Positions 18,462-27,619 of a stretch of 64,000 nt of DNA are shown piece by piece. The first letter of the stretch is position 1, and every line of letters begins with the position of its first letter. The stretch comes from Candidatus Eiseniibacteriota bacterium. Its GTDB lineage: Bacteria; Eisenbacteria; RBG-16-71-46; CAIMUX01; VGJL01. The position numbers were made by a program, and so were the translations under genes. The DNA lies in contig JBHGAY010000005.1 of assembly GCA_041946735.1 (NCBI GenBank), forward strand, positions 32,001-96,000, in the 5' to 3' direction. The notes beneath the pieces are model-generated. The model was not told where the DNA came from and made no database searches. It saw nothing but the letters and a program-made list of their open reading frames with translations.

Positions 18462-19724
18462 CGCGGCCGCGGCCCCCTCGAGCGTCGCGCGGGCGGGCGG
18501 AGCGGCGGGCGAGCGCGCGATGCGCGTCCGGCGGAAGAACGTCCAGAAGAGCCCGGCAGAGACGAGATAGAGCCCCATCGTCCCGATCATGTTCGGCGCG
18601 AAGCCGTGCCGCTCGATCAACCATCCTCCGAGAGGGGTGGTCACCATCCAGGAGAGGTTCCAGGAGAGCATGCGCACGCTGTTCGTCGCAGTCTGTTGAT
18701 CCTGCGGGACGATCTCCATCGCGAACGCCGCGCTGACCGGCTGGTTCATGTTCATCAGTGCGCCGCGCATCCAGAACGCGGCGACCGCCAGCCATAGACG
18801 GTCGGCGATCGCGAGCATCAGGAAGAACGGGATCGAGAGCAGCTCGGTCGCGACGATCGCGCGCACGTGGCTGAAGCGCCGCGCGAGGTACGGGCCGATC
18901 AGGAATCCCGCCATCGTCAACACCTGCGCGACCGCGAAGAAGATGCCGATGCGCTGGGGATCCTGCCCGAAGCGCTCCCGGAAGTAGAGGTTCAGGAAGG
19001 GGATCGTGAGCCCCGCGCCGCAGCCGACGAGGAAGGCGGGAAGGCAGATCTTGCCGAGCAGCGCATAGTCGCGCGTGAACAGGTAATCGCGGAGCGCGAA
19101 GCGACCGGCCCGGGGCGGCACGCTCCGGATGCGCGAGAACGGCACGACCGCAAGGACGGAGAGGACCGCCGTGGCGGCCAGCATCACGCGCAAGCCGGAC
19201 AGCTCCGATTCCAGGACGCGGCCGAAGTGTCGCGCGGCAAGCCCGCCCGCAAACGCGCTGGCGACGGTGGCGAGCGTCTCGAGGGCCGAGGCGGCCCCGA
19301 AGAGGTCGGTGCGGTGCTCGGGCCGCGCGTTGCGCATGAAGAACGGGGCGGCGGCGACCCAGTGGACCGTGAAGAGCATTCCGGTCAGAAGCGCGGCGAT
19401 CGAGAGGACGGCCGGGTGCGGAACGACGAGCTGGAGGCCGAACATCAGCCCGAAGCCGGCCGCGGCGGTCAGGAAGACCGACTCGGCGCGGAATCGATCG
19501 ATGAAGAGCGCGGCGGGGAGCGAGATCAGCACGGTGCCGAGGCTGCCCGCCGAGAGAATCCGACCGATCGTCGCCTCCCCCAGCCCGAGCTCGCGATAGT
19601 ACAAGTTCATGTGCACCCAGAGGGCGCCATGACCGATTCCCATGAGGAAGGTGCCGGCCAGGTAGAGGCGGGCGTTCCGCGAGAAGCCGCGCGCCGCGCG
19701 CCACATGTATCGAATCGGTCGCAT
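18411..19724 (-). CDS. MFS transporter
   Basis: About 12 hydrophobic segments; 'IPFLNLYFRERF', 'RGALMNM' typical of this MFS subgroup. Confidence 0.85.
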   Translation of the reverse strand: MRPIRYMWRAARGFSRNARLYLAGTFLMGIGHGALWVHMNLYYRELGLGEATIGRILSAGSLGTVLISLPAALFIDRFRAESVFLTAAAGFGLMFGLQLVVPHPAVLSIAALLTGMLFTVHWVAAAPFFMRNARPEHRTDLFGAASALETLATVASAFAGGLAARHFGRVLESELSGLRVMLAATAVLSVLAVVPFSRIRSVPPRAGRFALRDYLFTRDYALLGKICLPAFLVGCGAGLTIPFLNLYFRERFGQDPQRIGIFFAVAQVLTMAGFLIGPYLARRFSHVRAIVATELLSIPFFLMLAIADRLWLAVAAFWMRGALMNMNQPVSAAFAMEIVPQDQQTATNSVRMLSWNLSWMVTTPLGGWLIERHGFAPNMIGTMGLYLVSAGLFWTFFRRTRIARSPAAPPARATLEGAAAALADPDDPAVDLPGAGR

Positions 19725-19818
19725 CCCGCTCCGTCGTCAACGCGGCGGGGCCTCCGCCTCCACGGCGAAGGCCCCGCGTTCGTGCGTGTCCCGCGCTACC
19801 GGCTCTCGCCGGCCGGCG

Positions 19819-20403
19819 CTACTTCCTCGCGTCGATCTCCGCGAAGATCTGCTGCAGCTTCTCGGTCGTCTGCTTCAGCAGGTCCTTGTGAAGGCTGTTG
19901 CCGTGGGAATCCATCGTGACGACGGCGGGGAAGCCCTCGACCTCGAACTCCCAGATCGCCTCCGGGCTGCCGAACTTTTCCGCGAGGTGGACGCCGCGCA
20001 CCCGGCGCACCTTCTCGGCGAGGACCTGCGCCGCGCCCCCGATCGCGTGGAGGTAGACGCAGCCGGTGTTCGCGCATGCTTCGAGCGTGCGGGCGCCCAT
20101 CCCTCCCTTGCCGATGATTCCTCGAAGGTGGAACTTTTCGATCAGGTCTCCCTGATACGGTTCCTCGCGGATCGACGTCGTCGGGCCGGCCGCCTTGACG
20201 ACCCAGACCTCGTTCTCCTTCACGAGGACCGGACCGCAGTGATACAGGATCGAATCGGTGAGATCGACGGGCGGCGCGTTGCCGTCGTGCAGGTACTTGT
20301 GGACCGCGTCGCGCCCGGTATAGACCATTCCGTGGATCTCGACGATGTCGCCGAGCGACAGCGCGCGGATCTTCTCCTCGGTGAACGGAGCCTCGAGCCT
20401 CAT
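19819..20403 (-). CDS. Class I fumarate hydratase beta (C-terminal) subunit
   Basis: 'TGRDAVH', 'YHCGP', 'AGPTTS', 'IIGKGGM', 'MDSHGNSL'. Confidence 0.92.
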   Translation of the reverse strand: MRLEAPFTEEKIRALSLGDIVEIHGMVYTGRDAVHKYLHDGNAPPVDLTDSILYHCGPVLVKENEVWVVKAAGPTTSIREEPYQGDLIEKFHLRGIIGKGGMGARTLEACANTGCVYLHAIGGAAQVLAEKVRRVRGVHLAEKFGSPEAIWEFEVEGFPAVVTMDSHGNSLHKDLLKQTTEKLQQIFAEIDARK

Positions 20404-20425
20404 CGTGTCCGTCCCCCCTTCCCGG

Positions 20426-21310
20426 CTAGTACAGCCATTGCCGGATCTCGCCTTGCGAGTCCAGCGCGGCGCCTTGACGGCGGAATGCCCAGCACATGTA
20501 AGAGATGCTGACGAAGTAGGACGCGGGGAGCCGGTTGAGCGCTCCGACCTTGCAGCCGAGAAGCGTCGTGGCGCCCCCGAATCCCATCGGTCCGATACCG
20601 AGGGAGTTCGAGCGCTGGACGACCCGCTTCTCGAGTCCGGCGAGGACCGGGTCCGGGTTCACGTCGTCGAGCCTTCGGAGAAACTGCTCCTTGGAGTGCA
20701 GGTACCCTGTCGCCCGGTCGCCCCCGATCGTGACGCCCAGGATCCCTGGTCCGCAGCCCTTGCCTTGCGCGTTGTTCACCGCGTCGAGGAGGCACTTCTC
20801 CACACCCGCTATGTCGCGCCCGGCGCCGATCTTGCCGTCGGGGAGCGAGTACTGAACGCCACAGTTCTCGCAGCCACCCCCCTTCAGCACGAGCCGCACC
20901 TGAGTCCGGACGCCGGTCCCTTGCTCGAAGTGGATCGTGGGGCTGCCCGGCCCGAGGTTCGTCCCCGGGTTCTTCCCCGTGATCGGATCGACAGAGTTCT
21001 GGCGCAGGTACCCGACCTTCGTCGCCTGGAGCACGGCGGCCTCCGCCGCCTTGCGGAACGCCTCCTGGTCGAGCCCTTTCGGCCCCCGCACGAAGAACAG
21101 GATCGAGCCGGTGTCCTGGCAGATCGGGAGGCTCTTCGATCGAGCCATTTCGGTGTTTGCGGCGATGACGTCCATCGCGTATCGGGCGGTGCTTCCCTTC
21201 TCTTCGGTCCGCTGCGCCTGCTCGAGCACCGCCTCCACGTCGGAGGGGATCTCGGCGGACGTCTTGCGGATCAGCTCGAGAAGGGATCGCTGCAGCACGC
21301 GTCGATCCAT
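20426..21310 (-). CDS. Class I fumarate hydratase alpha (N-terminal) subunit
   Basis: 'PICQDTG', 'KGGGCEN', 'GCGPG', 'LGIGPMGFGG', 'CWAFRR'. Confidence 0.92.
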   Translation of the reverse strand: MDRRVLQRSLLELIRKTSAEIPSDVEAVLEQAQRTEEKGSTARYAMDVIAANTEMARSKSLPICQDTGSILFFVRGPKGLDQEAFRKAAEAAVLQATKVGYLRQNSVDPITGKNPGTNLGPGSPTIHFEQGTGVRTQVRLVLKGGGCENCGVQYSLPDGKIGAGRDIAGVEKCLLDAVNNAQGKGCGPGILGVTIGGDRATGYLHSKEQFLRRLDDVNPDPVLAGLEKRVVQRSNSLGIGPMGFGGATTLLGCKVGALNRLPASYFVSISYMCWAFRRQGAALDSQGEIRQWLY

Positions 21311-21386
21311 CTCGTCCTCCAGTGCTGGGTACGAGGATGCCTGCGGGGGGAAACCGGAGAGAGGTTCGCGCAGAGCGGCGAGCCGG

Positions 21387-22409
21387 TCAAGCCCGCATCG
21401 GCGGCGGCTCCGTCAGGCCGGCCGTCAGAGTGCCCACCTTCTCGCGGACCTCGACCATCGTCCTCTCGGCGATTTCGAGGCAGTCGCGGCGCCCCTTTTC
21501 GATCGTTTCGAGGACAACCTCCGGATGAGCCTTGAGGTCGGCCGCGCGCTGGCGGATCGGATCGAGCGTGGCGATCATGTTCTTCCACAGGACCTTTTTG
21601 CATTCGATGCAGCCGATCCCTGCGGACCGGCAACCGGCGGCCGCCCATTGCTGGTCCTCGGGCGGCGAGAAGATCTGGTGGAGCGTGTAGATGTTGCACA
21701 CGTCGGGGTTCCCGGGGTCGGAGCGCCGGACGCGAGCCGGATCGGTGACGGCAGGTCGAAGCTTCTCCCAGATCGCGTCGGGCTCTTCGAGAAGCCCGAT
21801 GTAGTTGTTCAGCGACTTGCTCATCTTGGCCTTGCCGTCGAGCCCGAGCACGCGGGCGCCCTCCTTCGGGACGAGTTGCTGCGGCTCGGGGAAGGTTTCG
21901 CCGAAACGGGCGTTGAACTTCCTGGCCACCTCGCGGGTCAGCTCGATGTGCTGCACCTGATCTTCCCCGACCGGAACCGCCACGGCCTTGTAGAGGAGGA
22001 TGTCGGCCGCCTGGAGGACCGGATACGTGAAAAGCCCCGCGTTGATGTAGGTATCCTCCGTGGCGCGCTGCGACTTCTCCTTGAACTGGGTCATCCTCGA
22101 CAGATCCCCCATAGGGGTCACGGTGTTGAGGATCCAGGTCAGCTCCGTGTGCTGCGGCACGTGGGACTGGATGAACAAACGGCACCGGGCGGGGTCCAGC
22201 CCGGCGGCGATGTTGACCAGCGTGGCTTCGAACGACCGGCGCGCGAGGAGGTCCCGATCGTACGGCTGTGTAAGGGCGTGATAGTCGACGATGCTGAAAA
22301 TCGCATCGTAGTCATCGAGAAGCTTCACCCAGTTGCGGATCGCTCCTGCATAGTTGCCGATGTGGATCTCTCCGCTCGGCTGAATTCCACTGAAAAGGAC
22401 CGGCTTCAA
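21387..22409 (-). CDS. trpS: Tryptophan--tRNA ligase
   Basis: 'SGIQPSGEIHIGNY', 'YPVLQAADIL', 'VPVGEDQ', 'KMSKS'. Confidence 0.97.
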   Translation of the reverse strand: MKPVLFSGIQPSGEIHIGNYAGAIRNWVKLLDDYDAIFSIVDYHALTQPYDRDLLARRSFEATLVNIAAGLDPARCRLFIQSHVPQHTELTWILNTVTPMGDLSRMTQFKEKSQRATEDTYINAGLFTYPVLQAADILLYKAVAVPVGEDQVQHIELTREVARKFNARFGETFPEPQQLVPKEGARVLGLDGKAKMSKSLNNYIGLLEEPDAIWEKLRPAVTDPARVRRSDPGNPDVCNIYTLHQIFSPPEDQQWAAAGCRSAGIGCIECKKVLWKNMIATLDPIRQRAADLKAHPEVVLETIEKGRRDCLEIAERTMVEVREKVGTLTAGLTEPPPMRA

Positions 22410-22453
22410 AGAGTTCCTCGCTGAAGAATGGTACTATCTTGGCGTTCCGCAAA

Positions 22454-22482
22454 AGCTTAGAGATGAAAGCCGGGTCTGTCAA
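22454..22482 (-). promoter_or_regulatory. Sigma70 promoter for trpS-fumarase operon
   Basis: Minus strand TTGACA-N17-TAAGCT. Confidence 0.7.
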
Positions 22483-22600
22483 AGACAATCGGCCGACTCG
22501 TCGCGCACCGGCGCATGAACGAGCTCGAGGAGCGGTGGGAGGACGGGAAGGGAATGCGTCGGGCCGGCGAGGCTGCGGCGAGACGATGGAAACGCGTGAG

Positions 22601-22641
22601 AAAAGCCCGGAGCGTGTCCGAACGACAGTGGCGCTCCGGGC
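22601..22641 (-). terminator. Probable intrinsic terminator after the HTH/AT-hook gene
   Basis: Minus strand GCCCGGAGCG...CGCTCCGGGC stem followed by TTTT. Confidence 0.6.
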
Positions 22642-22666
22642 CTGCCTGCGGGAAGGTGAAGGGCGA

Positions 22667-23095
22667 TCAGCCGACCGCCTCGGTCACCATCCGGGTCAAC
22701 CGGTCGTACTGGGCGAGGGTCAGGGACGGGAAGTGGCGCAGCAACATTTCACGAAATTCATCCTGGAATGCCGCACGGTCCGCCTTCCTTGGACGGCCCG
22801 GACCGCGCCGCATCATCGGCTGGCCGGAAGCCTGCGCACGAGCGCGGCCGCCCGCCGCCGCCAGGTACGGCTGGCCCTTGGCGGCCGCCGGGCGGCGTCC
22901 ACGCGGTCGGCGGATGCCGGCCTTGCGGGCTTTCGCATTGACGGTCGGCAACGAGACATCGTGTTTCTTCGCGATGTCGCGGTAGCTCAGCTTTCCAGCC
23001 TTGAGATCCGCGATGATCGCGGCCTCACGATTCTGCATCGCCTCCTTGTCGAGGCGTCCTCTTCTTCTGACGCGGGCCTTCTTTGCAGCGGGCAT
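22667..23095 (-). CDS. Small basic DNA-binding protein (HTH plus AT-hook-like motif)
   Basis: 'LSYRDIAKKHDVSLPTV' HTH-like; 'RRGPGRPRK' AT-hook-like; RBS GGGAG; own promoter and terminator. Confidence 0.7.
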   Translation of the reverse strand: MPAAKKARVRRRGRLDKEAMQNREAAIIADLKAGKLSYRDIAKKHDVSLPTVNAKARKAGIRRPRGRRPAAAKGQPYLAAAGGRARAQASGQPMMRRGPGRPRKADRAAFQDEFREMLLRHFPSLTLAQYDRLTRMVTEAVG

Positions 23096-23246
23096 GTCTC
23101 TCGCTCCCGTGCTCTTCGGGGAGGTCCCCCGGTTGGACCACCGCACGGCGCGCGCTACATCAGCGCAAACGTTTCGTTCTGCCGTGCATGGGAGAGTCGC
23201 GCAATTTGCGCGCTTCCCTCGCGTCGCGCAAGACGACGTTTGATGC

Positions 23247-23276
23247 AGTATTGGGAGTCGATCGAGCTCGTGTCAA
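23247..23276 (-). promoter_or_regulatory. Putative sigma70 promoter for the HTH/AT-hook gene
   Basis: Minus strand TTGACA-N18-AATACT. Confidence 0.5.
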
Positions 23277-23568
23277 AGGAAAAGTGGGTCGAAGCCGTCG
23301 CTTTTCGGCCGGCGACAGTCGCTTCGAAGACGGCGGGGAAAAGGCCGGTAAGGCCGGCAAAGGATTGTACAAGGCCAGCGGGGTACGGTCTCGCGTAGCG
23401 GCCGGGAGTGCGGCCCGGCGGGCGGAGGGCCGGGGGGCGATAGCGTTCGGGAAACTCTCGGAATTCCCGCTTGGCGGCCGCCAGGGCTTCTGGTTCCCTC
23501 CTACGGGGCGGAGTCGGGGCGACGGCGGGAAGGGGCGGCGAGGGCTTCAATGGCAATGAGGGAGAAAA

Positions 23569-23652
23569 GGGCGTCAAAGACGGCAAGGACCGCAGGAACG
23601 GCAAGGGCGTCAAGGACGGCAAGGGACGGCAAGGACGGCAAGGGCAACAAGA
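23569..23652 (+). repeat. Degenerate GGCAAGG(A/G)C tandem repeats upstream of top6B
   Basis: Multiple GGCAAGGAC/GGCAAGGGC/GTCAAGGAC units visible. Confidence 0.6.
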
Positions 23653-23664
23653 GGAGCCAACCAA

Positions 23665-25398
23665 GTGCCTGCAAAGCCTAAAAAAGCGACCGAGCAGCTG
23701 GATGTCTTCCTCGGGGTCGAGGAAGCGACGCCGAAGCGTCGAAAGACGGCCTCTCCGTCCACGGACGGAGGGAAGACGGCGGGAAAGGCAGCCCCGGCCG
23801 CGGAGACCCCTCTGCCGATCCGTACAGCGGCAGAACTGGCGATGCGGCAGCGGGATATTTCGGTCAGCGAGTTCTTCGCGAAGAACCGCCATCTGCTCGG
23901 GTTCGACAATCCGTCCAAGGCGCTGCTGACGACGGTACGGGAGGCGGTTGACAATTCCCTGGACGCGTGCGAGGAGGCCCGTATCCTGCCCGACCTGCGC
24001 GTGGAGATCCTGCCCGCCGGCGAGGACAGGTACCGGGTGATCGTACAGGACAACGGGCCGGGAATCGTTCGTACGCAGGTGCCGAAGATCTTCGGACAGC
24101 TCCTCTACGGGTCGAAGTTTCACACACTTAAGCAGTCCCGAGGGCAGCAGGGGATCGGGATCTCGGCCGCCGGAATGTACGGGATGCTCACGAGCGGCCG
24201 GCCGATGGCGATCATGACCCGGACCGGCCCCAAGCACCCGGCCCACTATCTCGAGCTTCGGATCGACACCCAGCGAAACCGTCCGGAGATCCTCGTGGAC
24301 CGGGAGGAGTCCTGGGAAGCGCCTCACGGCACGCGCGTGGAGATCACCCTTGCGGGGACGTACAAGCGCGGCCGCCACTCGGTCGACGGCTATCTCCGCC
24401 AGGTGGCGATCGCCAATCCCCATGCCCGGATCGTCTACCTCCCTCCCCAGACCGACGGCCCGGCGGAGCCGGTGACGTTCGAGCGGGTGAGCGGGAAGCT
24501 TCCGGACGAGCCGAAGGAAATCCGTCCGCATCCATACGGGGTCGAGCTTGGGGTGCTGATGCGGATGTTGAAGGGGAGCGACGCGAGGACCGTGCAGTCC
24601 TTCCTGCAAGGGGAGTTCTCGCGTGTCTCGCTACGAGTGGCGAGCGAGATCGCCCACCGCGCCCAGGTCGACGTGCACGCGCGGCCAGGCCGCCTGCCGC
24701 TCGAGGCGGGCGAGCGCCTGCACAAGGCGATGAACGAGGTCAAGCTGCTCGCCCCGCCGACGAACTGCATCGTTCCGATCGGCGAGGAACTGCTGCGGCG
24801 CGCTCTCGAGCAGGAGGTGGAGGCGGAGTTCACGACGGTCGTGAGCCGCCCGCCGACCGTCTATCGAGGCAATCCGTTCCTGATCGAGGCGGGAATCGCC
24901 TGGGGGGCCGACCTGCCGGCCGACGAGCCGATCACGCTCTACCGCTACGCGAACCGTGTGCCGTTGCTCTACCAACGGTCGGCCTGCGCGATGACGAAGG
25001 CCACGATCGCCGTCGATTGGCGGAAGTACCAGATCCAGCAGCCGAAAGGGGCGCTTCCGGTGGGTCCCGCGATCCTGCTCGTCCATATCGCCTCCGCCTG
25101 GGTGCCGTTCACGTCGGAGAGCAAGGAGGCGATCGCGCACTATCCGGAGATTCTGAAGGAGATCCGGCTCGCGCTGCAGGAATGCGGGCGACAGGTCGCG
25201 CTCCACATCAACCGGAGGCGCCGGGAGCACGAGGAGGGGAAGAAGCGCTCCTACATCCAGCGCTACATCCCCCACATCGGGATCGCCCTGCAACAGATCC
25301 TGGCCCTCGACGAGAAGGCGCGGGAGAAGACCGTTTCGACGCTCACGAACGTTCTCGAGCAGAGCCGGACGAAGGCCGGCGGGGGCGCGGAGGAGTAG
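23665..25398 (+). CDS. top6B: DNA topoisomerase VI subunit B
   Basis: 'ISVSEFFAKNRHLLGF', GHKL motifs 'EAVDNSLDA', 'DNGPG', 'SRGQQGIG'; 'RYANRVPLLY', 'VPFTSESKEAI'. Confidence 0.96.
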   Translation: MPAKPKKATEQLDVFLGVEEATPKRRKTASPSTDGGKTAGKAAPAAETPLPIRTAAELAMRQRDISVSEFFAKNRHLLGFDNPSKALLTTVREAVDNSLDACEEARILPDLRVEILPAGEDRYRVIVQDNGPGIVRTQVPKIFGQLLYGSKFHTLKQSRGQQGIGISAAGMYGMLTSGRPMAIMTRTGPKHPAHYLELRIDTQRNRPEILVDREESWEAPHGTRVEITLAGTYKRGRHSVDGYLRQVAIANPHARIVYLPPQTDGPAEPVTFERVSGKLPDEPKEIRPHPYGVELGVLMRMLKGSDARTVQSFLQGEFSRVSLRVASEIAHRAQVDVHARPGRLPLEAGERLHKAMNEVKLLAPPTNCIVPIGEELLRRALEQEVEAEFTTVVSRPPTVYRGNPFLIEAGIAWGADLPADEPITLYRYANRVPLLYQRSACAMTKATIAVDWRKYQIQQPKGALPVGPAILLVHIASAWVPFTSESKEAIAHYPEILKEIRLALQECGRQVALHINRRRREHEEGKKRSYIQRYIPHIGIALQQILALDEKAREKTVSTLTNVLEQSRTKAGGGAEE

Positions 25399-25401
25399 GC
25401 A

Positions 25402-26565
25402 ATGGCGAAGGAGAAGGAGAAGGAGAAGGAGAAGGAGAGGAAGGTGCAGGTCCGCGAGAGGAACCGCGCGCTCGACGAGAAGACCGTCTCTCTGATCCGC
25501 TCGACCGCGTCGGACATCTACACGCGGATCGGGAAGCGGCAGAAGCCGGAGCTCAAATTCCCCGTGCGCTCGCTCGGCAACGTCTCGTACTCGCAGAAGA
25601 AGGGGTTCCTCGAAATCGGCCGCCAGAGGAAGGTGCGCACGCTCACGGTGAACACGGTGAAGACGTTCGCGCAGACGCTCCGGATGATGGCGCTCTCGAA
25701 GGATCTGATCGAGACGAACGATTTCGCGACGAAGAGGGATGCGTACTACCAGTCGAAGAACTGGGGCGACGCGATGTTCCACGACCAGGTCGAGTCGGAC
25801 ACCGTGATGGACGATATCGAGGCGCTCTTCTCGCAGAGCGAGATCAACCGCGAGCAGCTTCGTTTCATTCCGGACGAGCACGGAGGTGCGGTCGCGGGGG
25901 AGCTGATCGTCCTCGATCCCGATCTCGAAACCGGCGTCGTCGAACGGATCGATTGCACACGTTTCGGCAGCGGCGCCTATTCGATCCCGTCCTCGGTGGA
26001 GCAGCTCGGTTTCGAGACGGGCGCACAGTTCATTCTCGCGATCGAGACCGGCGGTATGTTCCAGAGGCTGCAGAATCACAAGTTCTGGAAGACCGCGAAC
26101 TGCATCCTCGTTTCGATGGGCGGGGTGCCGACGCGCGCGACGCGCCGCTTCATCCGGCGTCTTTCGGACGAGCGGAAGATCCCGGTGTATGCGTTCGTCG
26201 ACTGCGATCCGTATGGGATCTCGAACATCTACCGGACGCTCAAGGTCGGGTCGGGGAACGCCGCGCACATCAACCAGTTCTTCTCCGTGCCGCAGGCCCG
26301 CTTCCTCGGTGTGACGCCGAAGGACATCGAGGAGTACAAGCTGCCGACCCATCCGTTGAAGGAGGTCGACATCAAGCGCGCGAAGGACGCGATCAAGAAC
26401 GATCCATTCTTTCAACGGCACAAGGATTGGAGCGGCGCGATCGAGAAGCTCGTGAAGATGGGGGTTCGCGCCGAGCAGCAGGCGCTGGCGAAATGGGGAC
26501 TGAACTACGTGATCGAGGAATACCTTCCGGCGAAGCTCGCGCACCCGGAACGTTTCCTTCCGTGA
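25402..26565 (+). CDS. top6A: DNA topoisomerase VI subunit A (Spo11-like)
   Basis: 'TKRDAYY' catalytic Tyr, 'LAIETGGMF', TOPRIM 'DCDPYG', 'RAEQQAL'. Confidence 0.95.
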   Translation: MAKEKEKEKEKERKVQVRERNRALDEKTVSLIRSTASDIYTRIGKRQKPELKFPVRSLGNVSYSQKKGFLEIGRQRKVRTLTVNTVKTFAQTLRMMALSKDLIETNDFATKRDAYYQSKNWGDAMFHDQVESDTVMDDIEALFSQSEINREQLRFIPDEHGGAVAGELIVLDPDLETGVVERIDCTRFGSGAYSIPSSVEQLGFETGAQFILAIETGGMFQRLQNHKFWKTANCILVSMGGVPTRATRRFIRRLSDERKIPVYAFVDCDPYGISNIYRTLKVGSGNAAHINQFFSVPQARFLGVTPKDIEEYKLPTHPLKEVDIKRAKDAIKNDPFFQRHKDWSGAIEKLVKMGVRAEQQALAKWGLNYVIEEYLPAKLAHPERFLP

Positions 26566-26572
26566 TCCGATC

Positions 26573-27619
26573 GTGAAGCAGCCGGCCGAGCCGATCCTGA
26601 TCCATCCGCACCTGGGGCCGCTCGGGTGGATCCGGCGCGTCGTGACGGAGGTTTGGTTCTCCTGGAACCGGCATCGTTGCACGCAGCTCGGCGCCGCGAT
26701 CGCCTTCTACGGCATCTTCTCGTTGCTCCCGCTCCTCATCCTGATGACGTCGGTCTTCGGCTTCATCCTCGCGTCGTGGGGAGGCGCAGAGGGCCTGAAG
26801 TTCACGATCTCCCACCTGATCGCCGAGGGAGTCTCCCCGCAGGTGGCCAAGACGGCGGTCGATGCCTTGACCGCGACCGAATCGGCGCGCGGCCAACTCG
26901 GGATCATCGGCGTGCTCATGATCCTCCTGGCCGCGTCGGGCGCCTTCGTGCAGCTCGAGACGGCCGCGCAGATCGTCTGGGACGTCCATCTCCCCGGGCA
27001 GAAGCTCCCATTCCGCCGGCACGTGCTCGGGTTCCTGCGCAATCGCCTCGTCTCCTTCCTGCTGGTCGGGGGAGCGGCGCTGCTCGTCTTTCTCTCGCTC
27101 GTCGTCGACGTGATGCTCAATACCGTCGCGAAGGAGACGCTGGAGGATCTTGGAACGCGCTGGCGCCTGCTCGAGCTGACGATGGGCTTCTTCGCGGCCG
27201 GCGGCATCGTGACGATCCTCTTCCGCTGGCTTCCCGCCCGGCCGGTGCCTTGGCGGGCCGCGCTCGTCGGTGGATGGCTCACGGCCGGACTCTGGGAGGC
27301 CGCGAAGCAAGGCCTGACGGAGTATCTGACACGGGTGGACTATGCGCGCGCCTATCCGATCCTCGGCTCGGCGCTCGCGATCCTGCTGTGGGTCTATTTG
27401 GCGGCGCTCGTCTGGCTGCTCGGCGGCGAGGTCGCGGCGGCGGTGACGCGCATCCTGGAGGAGAGGGGCCAGGCGCCGAAAGCCGACCGTCCCCGCATCG
27501 AGGCGGCGAACGGCCGGCCGGCCGAGCCTCTCGCGCGATCGCGGGAGCCTATCGGAACAGAGAGCGGACCCGCCCCCAGCTCGTCTCCGCCACCGGAACG
27601 ATCCGGTCGGACAGGATGA
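26573..27619 (+). CDS. YihY/virulence factor BrkB family membrane protein
   Basis: 'GAAIAFYGIFSLLP', 'LGSALAILLWVYLAALVWLLGGE'. Confidence 0.88.
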   Translation: MKQPAEPILIHPHLGPLGWIRRVVTEVWFSWNRHRCTQLGAAIAFYGIFSLLPLLILMTSVFGFILASWGGAEGLKFTISHLIAEGVSPQVAKTAVDALTATESARGQLGIIGVLMILLAASGAFVQLETAAQIVWDVHLPGQKLPFRRHVLGFLRNRLVSFLLVGGAALLVFLSLVVDVMLNTVAKETLEDLGTRWRLLELTMGFFAAGGIVTILFRWLPARPVPWRAALVGGWLTAGLWEAAKQGLTEYLTRVDYARAYPILGSALAILLWVYLAALVWLLGGEVAAAVTRILEERGQAPKADRPRIEAANGRPAEPLARSREPIGTESGPAPSSSPPPERSGRTG

